This document shows, one piece after another, positions 48,273-60,831 of a stretch of 64,000 nucleotides of DNA. Source of the stretch: Pristiophorus japonicus (lineage: Eukaryota); the NCBI RefSeq assembly GCF_044704955.1, contig NC_091986.1, forward strand, positions 190,650,001 to 190,714,000, given 5' to 3'. The notes under the pieces were generated by a model, which saw only the letters and a list, made by a program, of their open reading frames with translations, was not told the DNA's origin and searched no databases. A program made the translations under genes and the position numbers. The stretch's first letter is position 1, and each line of letters begins with the position of its first letter.

Positions 48273-50101
48273 GGTGGTAAAAACAGAGAGACAGACTATT
48301 ATCTGAATGGTGACAGATTAGGAAAAGGGAAGGTGCAACAAAGAAATGGCAGACCAATTGAACAAGTACTTTGGTTCGGTATTCACTGAGGAGGACACAA
48401 ACAACCTTCTGGATATAAAAGGGGTCGGAGGGTCTAGTAAGGAGGAGGAACTGAGGGAAATCCTTATTAGTCGGGAAATTGTGTTGGGGAAATTGATGGG
48501 ATTGAAGGCCGATAAATCCCCAGGGCCTGATGGACTGCATCCCAGAGTACTTAAGGAGGTGGCCTTGGAAATAGTGGATGCATTGACAGTCATTTTCCAA
48601 CATTCCATTGACTCTGGATCAGTTACTATGGAGTGGAGGGTAGCCAATGTAACCCCACTTTTTAAAAAAGGAGGGAGAGAGAAAACAGGGAATTATAGAC
48701 TGGTCAGCCTGACATCGGTAGTGGGTAAAATGATGGAATCAATTATTAAGGATGTCATAGCAGTGAATTTGGAAAGAGGTAATATGATAGGTCCAAGTCA
48801 GCATGGATTTGTGAAAGGGAAATCATGCTTGACAAATCTTCTGGAATTTTTTGAGGATGTTTCCAGTAGAGTGGACAAGGGAGAACCAGTTGATGTGGTA
48901 TATTTGGACTTTCAGAAGGCTTTCGACAAGGTCCCACACAAGAGATTAATGTGCAAAGTTAAAGCACATGGGATTGGGGGTAGTGTGCTGACATGGATTG
49001 AGAACTGGTTGTCAGACAGGAAGCAAAGAGTAGGAGTAAATGGGTACTTTTCAGAATGGCAGGCAATGACTAGTGGGGTACCGCAAGGTTCTGTGCTGGG
49101 GCCCCAGCTGTTTACACTGTACATTAATGATTTAGACGAGGGGATTAAATGTAGTATCTCCAAATTTGCGGATGACACTAAGTTGGGTGGCAGTGTGAGC
49201 TGCAAGGAGGATGCTATGAGGCTGCAGAGCGACTTGGATAGGTTAGGTGAGTGGGCAAATGCATGGCAGATGAAGTATAATGTGGATAAATGTGAGGTTA
49301 TCCACTTTGGTGGTAAAAACAGAGAGACAGACTATTATCTGAATGGTGACAGATTAGGAAAAGGGGAGGTGCAAAGAGACCTGGGTGTCATGGTACATCA
49401 GTCATTGAAGGTTGGCATGCAGGTACAGCAGGCGGTTAAGAAAGCAAATGGCATGTTGGCCTTCATAGCGAGGGGATTTGAGTACAGGGGCAGGGAGGTG
49501 TTGCTACAGTTGTACAGGGCCTTGGTGAGGCCACACCTGGAGTATTGTGTACAGTTTTGGTCTCCCAACTTGAGGAAGGACATTCTTGCTATTGAGGTAG
49601 TGCAGCGAAGATTCACCAGACTGATTCCCGGGATGGTGGGACTGACCTATCAAGAAAGACTGGATCAACTGGGCTTGTATTCACTGGAGTTCAGAAGAAT
49701 GAGAGGGGACCTCATAGAAACGTTTAAAATTCTGACGGGTTTAGACAGGTTAGATGCAGGAAGAATGTTCCCAATGTTGGGGAAGTCCAGAACCAGGGGT
49801 CACAGTCTGAGGATAAGGGGTAAGCCATTTAGGACTGAGATGAGGAGAAACTTCTTCACCCAGAGAGTGGTGAACCTGTGGAATTCTCTACCACAGAAAG
49901 TAGTTGAGGCCAATTCACTAAATATATTCAAAAGGGAGTTAGATGAAGTCCTTACTACTCGGGGGATCAAGGGTTATGGCGAGAAAGCAGGAAGGGGGTA
50001 CTGAAGTTTCATGTTCAGCCATGAACTCATTAAATGGCGGTGCTGGCTAGAAGGGCTGAATGGCCTGCTCCTGCACCTATTTTCTATGTTTCTATGTTTC
50101 T
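48273..50101 (+). mobile_element. Young CR1 LINE, 5'-truncated
   Basis: Near-identical to 17940-19706; TTTCTATG tail; inserted in an ancient CR1. Confidence 0.95.
48346..50004 (+). CDS. CR1 ORF2 reverse transcriptase domain (552 aa open)
   Basis: Full set of RT motifs with no stops; lacks the endonuclease. Confidence 0.9.
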   Translation: MADQLNKYFGSVFTEEDTNNLLDIKGVGGSSKEEELREILISREIVLGKLMGLKADKSPGPDGLHPRVLKEVALEIVDALTVIFQHSIDSGSVTMEWRVANVTPLFKKGGREKTGNYRLVSLTSVVGKMMESIIKDVIAVNLERGNMIGPSQHGFVKGKSCLTNLLEFFEDVSSRVDKGEPVDVVYLDFQKAFDKVPHKRLMCKVKAHGIGGSVLTWIENWLSDRKQRVGVNGYFSEWQAMTSGVPQGSVLGPQLFTLYINDLDEGIKCSISKFADDTKLGGSVSCKEDAMRLQSDLDRLGEWANAWQMKYNVDKCEVIHFGGKNRETDYYLNGDRLGKGEVQRDLGVMVHQSLKVGMQVQQAVKKANGMLAFIARGFEYRGREVLLQLYRALVRPHLEYCVQFWSPNLRKDILAIEVVQRRFTRLIPGMVGLTYQERLDQLGLYSLEFRRMRGDLIETFKILTGLDRLDAGRMFPMLGKSRTRGHSLRIRGKPFRTEMRRNFFTQRVVNLWNSLPQKVVEANSLNIFKRELDEVLTTRGIKGYGEKAGRGY

Positions 50102-50402
50102 ATTATCTGTTCAATAACAACCTAGTAAATAATGGTCAACATGGACTCAGAAGGGGAAAATCCATTTCTGAACAATTTCTTTGAGGAAGTGACATCCTAA
50201 ATAGTCTGTGGAAAATCCTGCAAAGTTTGTGCCTAAGTTCCCAAAAGGCTATTAGTCAAAATTAATGCTGTAAAGATGATGTGGGTAAACTGTGGGAATG
50301 GATGGAAAATTCGCTGATGGGCAGAAAACAAGTCCTCATTAGAGGAGTTAGGTCAGGTGGAGGATATACTCAGTGCAGTGATGCAGGGCTTGATGTAGGG
50401 AC

Positions 50403-53400
50403 TATTGTGTTCCTAACACAGATGAGACTGCACACAGGGAGGTTAAAGTAACAGTGACCTCAGTCTTTATTAAGACACTCCAGAGTGAGGAACAGGCCTT
50501 AGGGGCCGGCTTATATACAGTGCTCCCAAGGGATGCTGGGATCCCTTGGGACTTCAGGGGATGCACTCACTGGTGGCGGAACATGGGAGTGCATGCTTTA
50601 CAGATACACAACATCACTCCCCGCCAAAGTCAAAGTGAAAACTATTTACAAGGTGAGGCGGTCGGGAGCCTTTCTTTCCCTGGTGGACCGCCTCGGTACA
50701 AATGTCTGTTCTGGTGTGTTGGCTGTGACCTCGCTGGGCTGGCGTGTTGTTGGCCCTGCAGGGCTGCTGGGTGAGCCTGGCCTTGCTGGGCTGTTAGGTG
50801 TGATGGGTTCGATTTCCTGGTCCGGGGTGATGTCGTTGATCCTTTGGGTGTGTGTTGTGGGCTCGAAAAAGGTGGTGTCTGCTGTGGGTTGTTCAGGGCA
50901 GTCTGTGAATCGCAGCCTCGTTTAGTCCAGGTGCTTTCTACAAATTTGTCCATTGTGTAGTTTGACTACAAACATCCTATTCCCTTCTCTAGCTATCACC
51001 GTGCCCGTGCTCCACTTGGGACCATGTCCATAGTTTAGCACATACACAGGGTTATTCAGATCAATTTCCCGTGACACAATGGTGCGATCATCGTTTACAT
51101 TTTGTTGCTGCTGCCTGCTCTCTACCTGATCATGCAGGTTGGGGTGAACCAGCGAGAGTCTGGTTTTAAGTGTCCTTTTCATAAGTAGCTCAGCCGGGGG
51201 CACCCCTGTGAGCGAGTGGGGTCTCATGCGGTAGCTGAGCAGTACTTGGGACAGGCGGGTTTGGAGTGAGCCTTCTGTGAATTGTTTAAGGCTCTGTTTG
51301 ATTGTTTGTACTGCCCGCTCTGCCTGCCCATTGGAGGCTGGTTTAAATGGGGCCGAGGTGACATGTTTGATCCCATTACGGGTCATGAATTCTTTAAATT
51401 CAGCACTGGTGAAACATGGCCTGTTGTCACTGACCAGTATGTCAGGCAGGCCGTGGGTGGCAAACATGGCCCTCAGGCTTTCAATGGTGGCGGTGGCGGT
51501 GCTTCCCGACATTATTTCACATTCAATCCATTTTGTAAAAGCATCCACCACCACCAGGAACATTTTACCGAGAAATGGGCTCACATAGTCGACATGGATC
51601 CTCGACCATGGTGTGGAGGGCCAGGACCACAAACTTAGTGGTGCCTCTCTGGGCGCGTTGCTCAACTGAGCACACGCTGCATTGCCGTACACAAGACTCT
51701 AAGTCAGAGTTGATACGGGCCACCACACGTGGGATCTGGCTATCGCTTTCATCATTACTATACCCGGGTGTGTGCTGTGGAGATCCGAGATGAACATCTC
51801 CCTGCCCTTTTTGGGTAGCACTATGCGGTTACCACACAACAGGCAGTTTGCCAGAATGGACAGCTCATCCTTTCGCCGCTGGAACGCTTGATTAGCTCTT
51901 GCAATTCAACGGGGATGCTGGCCCAGCTCCCATGCAGTACACAGTTTTTTACTAGGGACAGCAGAGGATCTTGGCTGGTCCAAGTCCTAATCTGGCGGTC
52001 CGTGACAGGTGATTTATCATTTTGAAACGCTTCCATGACCATCAACAAGTCTGCGGGCTGCACCACCATTAACAAGTTTGCAGGCTGCGCCATTTCCACC
52101 CCCGTGGTGGGCAATGGTAGCCAACTGAGAGCATCCGCACAGTTCTCGGTGCCTGGCCTGTGGTGGATGGTATAGTTATACGCTGATAGCGCGAGTGCCC
52201 ACCTTTGTATGCAGACTGAGGCATTAGTATTTATCCCCTTGTTTTCAGTGAACAGGGATATGAGGGGCTTGTGATCGGTTTCGAGCTCAAATTTGAGGCC
52301 AAACAGGTACTGATGCATTTTCTTTACCCCGAACACACATGCTAATGCCTCTTTCTCAATCATGCTGCAGGCCCTCTCGGCTTTAGACAAGCTCCTGGAG
52401 GCATAGGCAACAGTTTGCAACTTCCCCGCAACGTTAGCTTGTTGTAATACACACCTGACTCTGTACGACGATGCATCACATGCTAGCACAAGTCTTTTAC
52501 ACGGGTTATACAATACAAGCAGCTTGTTGGAGCATAAAATGTTTCTGGCTTTCTCAAAAGCAATTACTTGTTTTTTTCCCCATACCCAGTTCTCACCTTT
52601 ACGCAATAACACATGTAGGGGCTCTAAGAGGGTGCTTAACCCCGGTAGGAAGTTACCAAAATAGTTAAGGAGTCCCAGGAACGACCGCAGCTCCGTGATG
52701 TTCTGTGGCCTTGGCGCGTTCCTGATAGCCTCTGTCTTAGCGTCTGTGGGCTGAATGCCATCCGCCGCAATCTTTCTCCCCAAAAACTCCACTTCTGTTG
52801 CCATGAAGACGCATTTTGACCTGTTCAGCCGCAGCCCTACGCGATCCAGTCGCTGGAGGAACTCCTCCAGGTTTTGTAGGTGCTCGACAGTGTCCCAATC
52901 CGTGACCAATATGTCGTCCTGAAAAACCACCGTGCGTGGTACCGACTTGAGTTGGCTCTCCATGTTTCTCTGGAAGATCGCTGCAGCCGACTGAATTCCA
53001 AACAGGCATCTCTTGTAGATGAACAATCACTTATGCATGTTGATGCACGTGAGGCCCTTCGAAGACTCCTCCAGCTCCTGCGTCATGTAGGCCGAAGTCA
53101 GGTCGAGCTTAGTGAACGTCTTGTCTTCTGCCAGCGTTGCAAATAGGTCGTCTGCCTTAGGTAGCGGGTATTGGTCCTGTAGCGAGAAACTATTAATAGT
53201 TACTTTATAATCGCCGCAAATTCTGACCGTGCCATCACTTTTGAGTACTGGAACAATCGGGCCGGCCCACTCGCTGAATTCCACTGGGGAGATGATGCCC
53301 TCGCGTTGCAGCCTGTCCAGCTCGATTTCCACTCTCTCCCTCATCATATGAGGTACCACTCACGCCTTGTGGTGAATGGGTCGTGCCTCTGGGACCAAGT

Positions 53401-54964
53401 GGATCCACACCTTCGCCCCGGAAAAGTTTCCAATGGCTGGCTCAAAAAGGGAAGGAAAATTTTTAAGAACCTGGGTACATGAGGCCTCATCGACATGTGA
53501 TAGCGCTCGGATGTCATCCCAGTTCCAGCAGATTTTGCCCAGCCAGCTCCTTCCAAGCAGTGTTGGGCCATCGCCCGGGACAATCCAGAATGGCAGTTCG
53601 TGCACCGTGCCCTTGTAGGTGACCTTGACCATGGCACTGCCCAGGACAGTGATAAGCTCTTTGGTGTATGTTCTCAGTTTCATGTGGATGGAGCTCAGGG
53701 CTGGTCTGAGTGCCTTGTTGCACCACAATCTCTCAAACATCTTTTTACTCATTATGGATTGGCTAGCGCCAGTGTCCAGTTTCATGGCTACGGGTAAGCC
53801 ATTCAATTTTACATTTAGCATTATAGGTGGATATTTCGTCAAATATGTGCACCCCGTGTATTTCAGCACCTGTCTCCTCTCTCTGAGGCTCGAAATTGCT
53901 TTGATGCACCATGGACCGATCTTCCTCTGCCACGTGGTGGTTAGCAGGTTTTGCAGAGCTTGCAGCTCGTTGGAGGTGCCCCATTGTTCCACAGCTCTTG
54001 CAAACATACCCTTTGAAGCAGCATGAATAGGCTGAATGGAAGCCTTACATTAATCCTTTGTTGTGGACTCTAAGTCATCTGGGTCACCTGAGGCCTGCTG
54101 GTAGTTGCAGACTCGTGGTTTCTGCCCTGTACATTTCTGCTCGCAAGCACAGTTCCAGTTAATTTATGAACATTGCTAGCACTTGTATGCTGAGAGATTT
54201 GTTTGGTGTTATCACTAGTGGACATAAATGCCTGTGTTATCGCAATGGCCTTAGAGGGTCGGTGTCTGCACAGTCAAAAGTTTTTGTAGGATGGTCTCGT
54301 GGCCAATGCCCAGTACAAAAAAGTCTCTGAGCATTTGCTCCAGGTAGCCATCAAACTCACATTGTCCTGCAAGTCGCCTTAGCTCGGCGATGTAACTCGC
54401 TACTTCCTGACCTTCAGATCGCTGGCACGTGTAGAACAGATACCTCGCCATCAGCATGCTCTCCCTTAGGTTAAGATGCTCCAGAACCAGTGTACACAGC
54501 TCCTCATACGACTTATCTGTGGGTTTCGCCTGAGCCAGAAGATTCTTCATGAGGCTGTAGGTCGGTGCCCCGCAGACCGTGAGGAAGACCACTCTCCTTT
54601 TTGCAGCGCTTCCTTCTCCATCCAGCTCGTTGGCTACAAAGTACTGGTCAAGCCGCTTGACATAGGCTTCCCAGTCCTCACCCTCCAAGAACTTCTCAAG
54701 GATGCCCACATTTTGCTGCATTTTTGCGTTGGATTCGTATACTCGTCGCCAGTTATTGTGTTCCTAACACCGATGAGACTGCACACAGGGAGGTTAAAGT
54801 AACAGTGGCCTCAGTCTTTATTAAGACACTCCAGAGTGAGTAACAGGCCTTAGGGGCTGGCTTATATACAGGGCTCCCAAGGGTTGCTGGGATCCCTTGG
54901 GACTTCAGGGGATGCACTCCCTGGTGGCGTAACATGGGAGTGCATGCTTTACAGATACACAACA
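50403..54964 (-). mobile_element. Ty3/Gypsy LTR retrotransposon, full-length but pseudogenised
   Basis: 211-bp LTRs at 50403-50613 and 54754-54964 (8 mismatches by eye), TSD gGGAC/aGGAC, PBS TGGCGACGAG, PPT. gag 54251-54721, PR 53360-54007, RT/RH 51821-53359, IN 50922-51692. Confidence 0.96.
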
Positions 54965-55559
54965 AGGACCACTCCTGTTTTTAATTTTCATGAATAACCT
55001 AGTTTTAGATACTCAATGTAAAGTAGTCAAATTCGCTGATGGGAGTGGAAATGGAGGAAACAGAAATGACTGAATAAGTCGTATAAAATAAGTATATGGG
55101 CGGAGCAAATGGCAGATGAAATTTATTTCAGACAAGTGAGAAGTACTGCATGTAGGAAGGAAATATATGTGACACATGAAGGATTTGGAAATAACTCCAT
55201 GAAGGATTTGGGATTTAACTAAGGATAAAGCTGAAATAGATGTAGGAGTCTTCGTAGTTTCAACATTAAACATGTCCAACCAAAACCGAACAGCAATGCA
55301 TAAAAAATAGAGAAGAATGTTGAACTAATATAGCGAAAAGTGTAGGATATAAATCAGAGGAAGTCATGAACAAATCGTGCAGTGCTCGATTCAGACAATA
55401 CTGTGTGTAACTCTGGTTGCTAAGACACAAGCATGACATTCAAGCGCTACAAGGGAGTGTAAAGAAGAGTCATGAGGCTACTCCCCAGTGTAAAGGGTAA
55501 GGGCTATCAGCTGATCATGAAACAATGTAAACAAGAACGGTTGAATAAATCACAGATAG

Positions 55560-55850
55560 ATACCAGGCCATGGCAGGGGAACCAATGGTTGAAGATGGAC
55601 TACTAGTAAAAGGTACTCGTTCAGTGATTCCTGTATTAATGCTGCCTGAAATATTGGCCAGAGTCCTTGCAGCATACCAAGGAGTGCAGAAATGCAGAGA
55701 ACAAGCTAAGTAAAGTATGTGGCAGCCGAGTTTGAGCAATCCTTTCAACAAATAACTGGGAACTGTCCCAGCTGTACAAACAAGATTAAAAATAATGCCA
55801 AACACATGATTCCTTCTGTTCTGCCAGAGCATCGTTGGTAGAAGGTCGGA
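55560..55850 (+). mobile_element. Ancient Gypsy integrase zinc-binding region remnant
   Basis: DGLLVKGTRSVIP...EILARV..YQGVQKCREQAK*SMWQP resembles RIVIP..H.GHQG..KC..RA..VWWPG. Confidence 0.6.
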
Positions 55851-55887
55851 ACTGAGGTATATATCTCCTGAGTATAGAATGTTTCTC

Positions 55888-56003
55888 GTTCCTACATTAC
55901 AACAGTGACTACGCTCCAAAAGTACTCCATTGGCTGTAAAGCACTTGAGACGTCCGGTGGTTGTGAAAGGTGCTATATAAATCCAAGTCTTTTTTCTTTC
56001 TTT
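55888..56003 (+). mobile_element. Deu-SINE 3' tail fragment
   Basis: ttcctacattacaacagtgactac...aaaggtgctatataaat plus T-rich tail. Confidence 0.75.
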
Positions 56004-56634
56004 CATATAGAAATTGTTCTTTAACTAAAGTACAGCTGAAATAGTGGAGAGACACATCAACATTCCATTGGTAACCCAGATTGATAGGATGCAAGTCTCT
56101 GTCAGTTGGCTGTAAAGATACTGCATGAAATAAGTCAGTTCAGTTTCAGCTCTTGTGGGTGTCCATGACACAAAACAGTCCCTAATTTGTAAAAAGTAGG
56201 CACCAAAGTGAGAATCTCATTCAAAGCAGCCACAGGATGGTTGGCGTGAGAAATATGAAAATGTCATCTCAAAGTAAAGGAGCTGCTCCTGAGAGGTTGT
56301 GACTGAGTAGAGGGAGGATCTAACTGCAGTATCTGGCCTAAGGATCCAAACTGGAAAGTGATCCATTCCCCAACATACTTTACCTGATGCGTTTAAAAAG
56401 AAAAAAAAATCACAATTTAAAAAAAGTATGAAAAAATAAAATATTGTTTCACGTCAAAGTGTTTATTCCTGGACAGCTGATCACAACTTCACCATGCTTC
56501 TAATAGAAATGTTACAATCTGAGTCACTTGTGTATGTTAGTTTCAAATATAATTGATGCCATTTCACCTGTTTTAAAACATTCAGGGCTAGAAATTGCAC
56601 AGCGCCCCATTTGGGACACTAACTTTCAATGATG

Positions 56635-59060
56635 GATGTACCATGACTCCCAGGTCTCGTTGCACCTCCCGTTTTCCTAATCAGACGCCATTCAGATAAT
56701 ATTCTGCCTTCGTGTTTTTGCCCCCAAAGTGAATAACCTCACACTTATCCACATTATACTGCATCAGCCATGCATTTGCCCACTCACCTAACCTGTCCAA
56801 GTCACCCTGCAGTCTCTTAGCTTCCTCCTCACAGCTCACACCGCCACTCAGCTTAGTGTCATCTGCAAACTTGGAGATATTACACTCAATTCCTTCATCT
56901 AAATCATTGATGTATATTGTAAATAGCTGGGGTCCCTGCGACACTCACTAGTTACTGCCTGCCATTCTGAAAAGGACCCGTTTATCCCGACTCTCTGCTC
57001 CCTGTCTGCCAACCAGTTCTCTATCCACGGCAGTACATTACCCCCAATAACATGTGCTTTGATTTTGCACACCAATCTCTTGTGTGGGACCTTGTCAAAA
57101 GCCTTTTGAATGTCCAAATACACCAAATCCACTGGTTCTCCCTTGTCCACTCTACCAGTTACATCCTCAAAAAATTCCAGAAGATTTGTTAAGTATAATT
57201 TCCATTTCATAATTCCATGCTGACTTGGACCGATCCTGTCACTGCTTTCCAAATGCGCTGCTATTTCATCTTTAATAATTGATTCCAACATTTTCCCCAC
57301 TACTGATGTCAGGCTAACCAGTCTATAATTCCCCGTTTTCTCTCCCCCTCCTTTTTTAAAAAGTGGTTTTACATTAGATACCCTCCAGTCCACAGGAACT
57401 GATCCAGAGTCGATAGACTTGTGGAAAATTATCACCAGAGCATCCATTATTTCTAGGGCCACTTCCTTAAGTACTTTGGGATGCAAACTATCAGGCCCTG
57501 GGGATTTATCGGCCTTCACTAGTAGCCTACTCCTGTTCCTAATTCTTATGTAACACAATTTCCTGAATAATAAGGATTTCCTTCAGTTCTTCCTTCTCAC
57601 TAGACCCTCGGTCCCCTAGTATTTCCGATAGGTTATTTGTGTCTTCCTTCGTGAAGGCAGAACCAAAGTATTTGTTCAATTGGTCTGCCATTTCTTTGTT
57701 CCCCATTAGAAATTCTTCTAATTCTGACTGCAAGGGACCTACGTTTGTCTTCACTAATCTTTTTCACTTCACATATCTATAGAAGCTTTTGCGGGCAGTT
57801 TTTATGTTCTCAGCAAGCTTCCTCACATACTCTATTTTCCCCCCTCCTAATTAAACCCTTTGTCCTCCTCTGCTGAATTCTATATTTCTCCCAGTCCTCA
57901 GGTTTGCTGCTTTTTCTGGCCAATTTATATGCCTCTTCCTTGGATTTAACACTATCCTTAATTTCTCCTTTTAGCTGCGATTGAGTCACCTTCCCTGTTT
58001 TATTTTTACTCCAGACAGGGATGTACAATTGTTGAAGCTCATCCATTTGATCTTTAAATGTTTGCCATTGCTTATCCACCGTCAACCCTTTAAGTATCAT
58101 TCGCCAGTCTATTCTAGCCAATTCACGTCTCATACCATCGAAGTTACCTTTCTTTAAGTTCAGGACCCTAGTCTCTGAATTAACTGTGTCACTCTCCATC
58201 TTAATGAAGAATTCTACCATATTATGGTCACCCTTCCCCAAGGAGCCTCGCACAACAAGACTGCTAATTAGTCCTTTCTCATTACATATCACCCAGTCTA
58301 GGATGGCCAGCCCTCTAGTTGGTTCCTCGACATATTGGTCTAGAAAACCACTCCTAATATACTCCAGGAAATCCTCCTCCACTGTATTGCTACCACTTTG
58401 GTTAGTCCAATCTATATGTAGATTAAAGTCGTCCATGATAACTGCTGTACCTTTATTGCATGCATCCCTAATTTCTTGTTTGATGCTGTCCCCAACCTCA
58501 CTACTACTGTTTGGTGGTCTGTACACAACTCCCACTAGCATTTACTGCCCTTTGGTATTCCGCAGCTCTACCCATATGGATTCCGCATCATCCAAGCTAA
58601 TGTCCTTCCTTGCTATTGCGTTAATTTCCTCTTTAACCAGCAACGCTACCCCACTTCCTTTTCCTTTCTGTTTCTCCTTCCTGAATGTTGAATACCCTTG
58701 GATGTTGAGTTCCCAGTCTTGGTCACACTGGAGCCATGTCTCCGTAATGCCAATTATATCATATTCGTTAATAGCTGCCTGCGCAGTTAATTCATCTACG
58801 TTATTACGAATACTCCTCGCATTGAGGCACAGAGCCTTCAGGCTTGTCTTTTTAACACACTGTCCCTTTAGAATTTTGCTGTAATGTGGCCGTTTTTGAT
58901 TTTTGCCTTGGATTTCTCTGCCCTCCACTTTTACTTTTCTTCTTTCTATCTTTTGCTTCTGCCCCCATTCTACTTCCCTCTGTCTCCCTGCATAAGTTCC
59001 CATCCCCTTGCCATATTAGTTTAACCCCTCCCAACAGCACTAGCAAACACTCCCCCTAGG
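56635..59060 (-). mobile_element. CR1 LINE 5' and middle part (ORF1 end, APE, RT), inverted
   Basis: ORF1 end GVFASAVG, then CLNARSIRN..IIGITETWL, GVVYRPP and KFADDTK; ends at RDLGVMVH. Confidence 0.93.
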
Positions 59061-59727
59061 TCAGCAAGTGATCAGGAAGGCCAATGGAATCTTGGCCTTT
59101 ATTGCAAAGGGGATGGAGTATAAATGCAGGGAAGTCTTGCTACAGTTATACAGGGTATTGGTGAGGCCACACCTGGAATATTGCACAACTGTTTGGTTTT
59201 CATATTTACGAAAGCATATATTTGCTTTGGAGGCAGTTCAGAGAAGGTTCACTAGGTTGATTCTGGAGATGAGGGGATTGACATGAGGAAAGGTTGAGTA
59301 GGTTGGGCCTCTACTCATTGGAATTCAGAAGAATGAGAGGTGATCTTATCGAAACGTATAAGATTATGAGGGGGCTTGACAAGATGGATGCAGAGAGAAT
59401 GTTTCCACTGATAGGGGAGACTAGAACTAGGGGGCATAATCTTAGAATAAAGGGGCTGCCCATTTAAAACTGAGATGAGGAGGAATTTCTTCTCTCAGAG
59501 GGTTGTAAATCTGTGGAATTCGCTGCCTCAGAGAGCTGTGGAAGCCGAGACATTGATCGACAGTTTCTTAACTGATAAGAGGATAAGGGTTTATGGAAAG
59601 CAGGCAGGGAAGTGGACCTGAGTCCGTGATCGGATCAGCCATGATCGTATTAAATGGTGGAGCAAGCTCAAGGGGCCTTATAGCCTACTCCTGCTCCTAT
59701 TTCTTATGTTCTTATGTTCTTATGTTC
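59061..59727 (+). mobile_element. CR1 LINE 3' part
   Basis: Runs from QQVIRKANG to the (TTCTTATG)3 tail. Confidence 0.92.
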
Positions 59728-60319
59728 GTATGCTACAGAGCGAGGCGGTAAGTGTTAATGTCAGTGTGAAACTGCCAGGTAAATTCGCGGGTGTCGCTGA
59801 TTTTGCTGAGCACGGTCGGTAACCCCTTAACGCCCTGTTATTGTCCCCTGCAGGCGCTAATGAGAGGCACCAACCAGGCCAATTTCTGCCCCTTGGTCTT
59901 GGGATATGAATGACACTGGCAAAGCCACATTTGATGCACATCCCTCATTGACCTGAGAAGATAGCAGTGGGCCCTCCCCTTGTACTGCTGCTGTCCTTCT
60001 GATAATGGTGCTCTCATGATGATTTTAATTCAGTAGTTAATTTGGAATATTGACGCAGCAACAATGAATGGCAGTATATGTCCAAGTCAGGATGATGTAT
60101 GGTTGGAGCTTCTCTGTGCACAGTCGGTGATTCAATGCTATATTATGGACAGTATCGTCCTGTGGCTCCACATTCACTGAGAACTGGGGTGAGACTGTCC
60201 AAGTTAATTTCAGACCGGATTCTCTCAGCCAGTGGAGCCTTTCATTTCTCAAGGTGCAAAAGCCATACAGGCCTGAACAGTTGAACTTATTCTCTGGCCT
60301 CTCCTTCCTCCTCTAGGAC

Positions 60320-60555
60320 TATAAGAACATAAGAAATAGGGACAGGAGTAAGCCATGCGGCCCTTTGAGCCTGCTCCGCCATTCAATAAGATCATGGGTG
60401 ATCTTCGACCTCAACTCCACTTTCCCACCCGATCCCCAAATCCCTAGATACCCCTAGGGTCCAAAAATCTATCGATCTCTGTCTTGAATATACTCAACGA
60501 CTGAGCACCTACAGCTTTCTGGGGTAGAGAATTCCAAAGATTCACCATTCTTTGA
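60320..60555 (-). mobile_element. CR1 3' fragment
   Basis: ataagaacataagaaatagg tail on the minus strand. Confidence 0.85.
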
Positions 60556-60831
60556 GTTATTTTATTGGTATGATTTATAAAATCTTAATACAGTGCATTG
60601 GTGCTTGCAAAAGCAAGTCGTACGAAGATAGAGGTAGAACAAACTGTACCATCAAGTGATAATTCATGGATTCACACCCATGTTCCCAAATGGTGAGTTA
60701 CTAGTGTCAGTATAATTGTCATGGGCCTCATCCCCTGAATAAGTGTCAAATTAGCCCAAGCCACTTTCTGTAGCTGCGAGAACGCACCTTGGTTGCTGCA
60801 TCTGAAGAGGCCTGGGAATAAACTGCTTGCT

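Larger units (their letters stand above)
48083..55510 (+). mobile_element. Ancient CR1 split by the young CR1 and Gypsy 2 (pieces 48083-48272, 50102-50402, 54965-55510)
   Basis: Decayed NVVSIF, GQHGLRRGKS, GPLLF and KFADG motifs remain collinear across the insertions. Confidence 0.65.

Noticed and set aside
55515-56006. 163-aa minus-strand ORF
   Set aside because: Antisense read-through of a SINE tail and an old Gypsy remnant.
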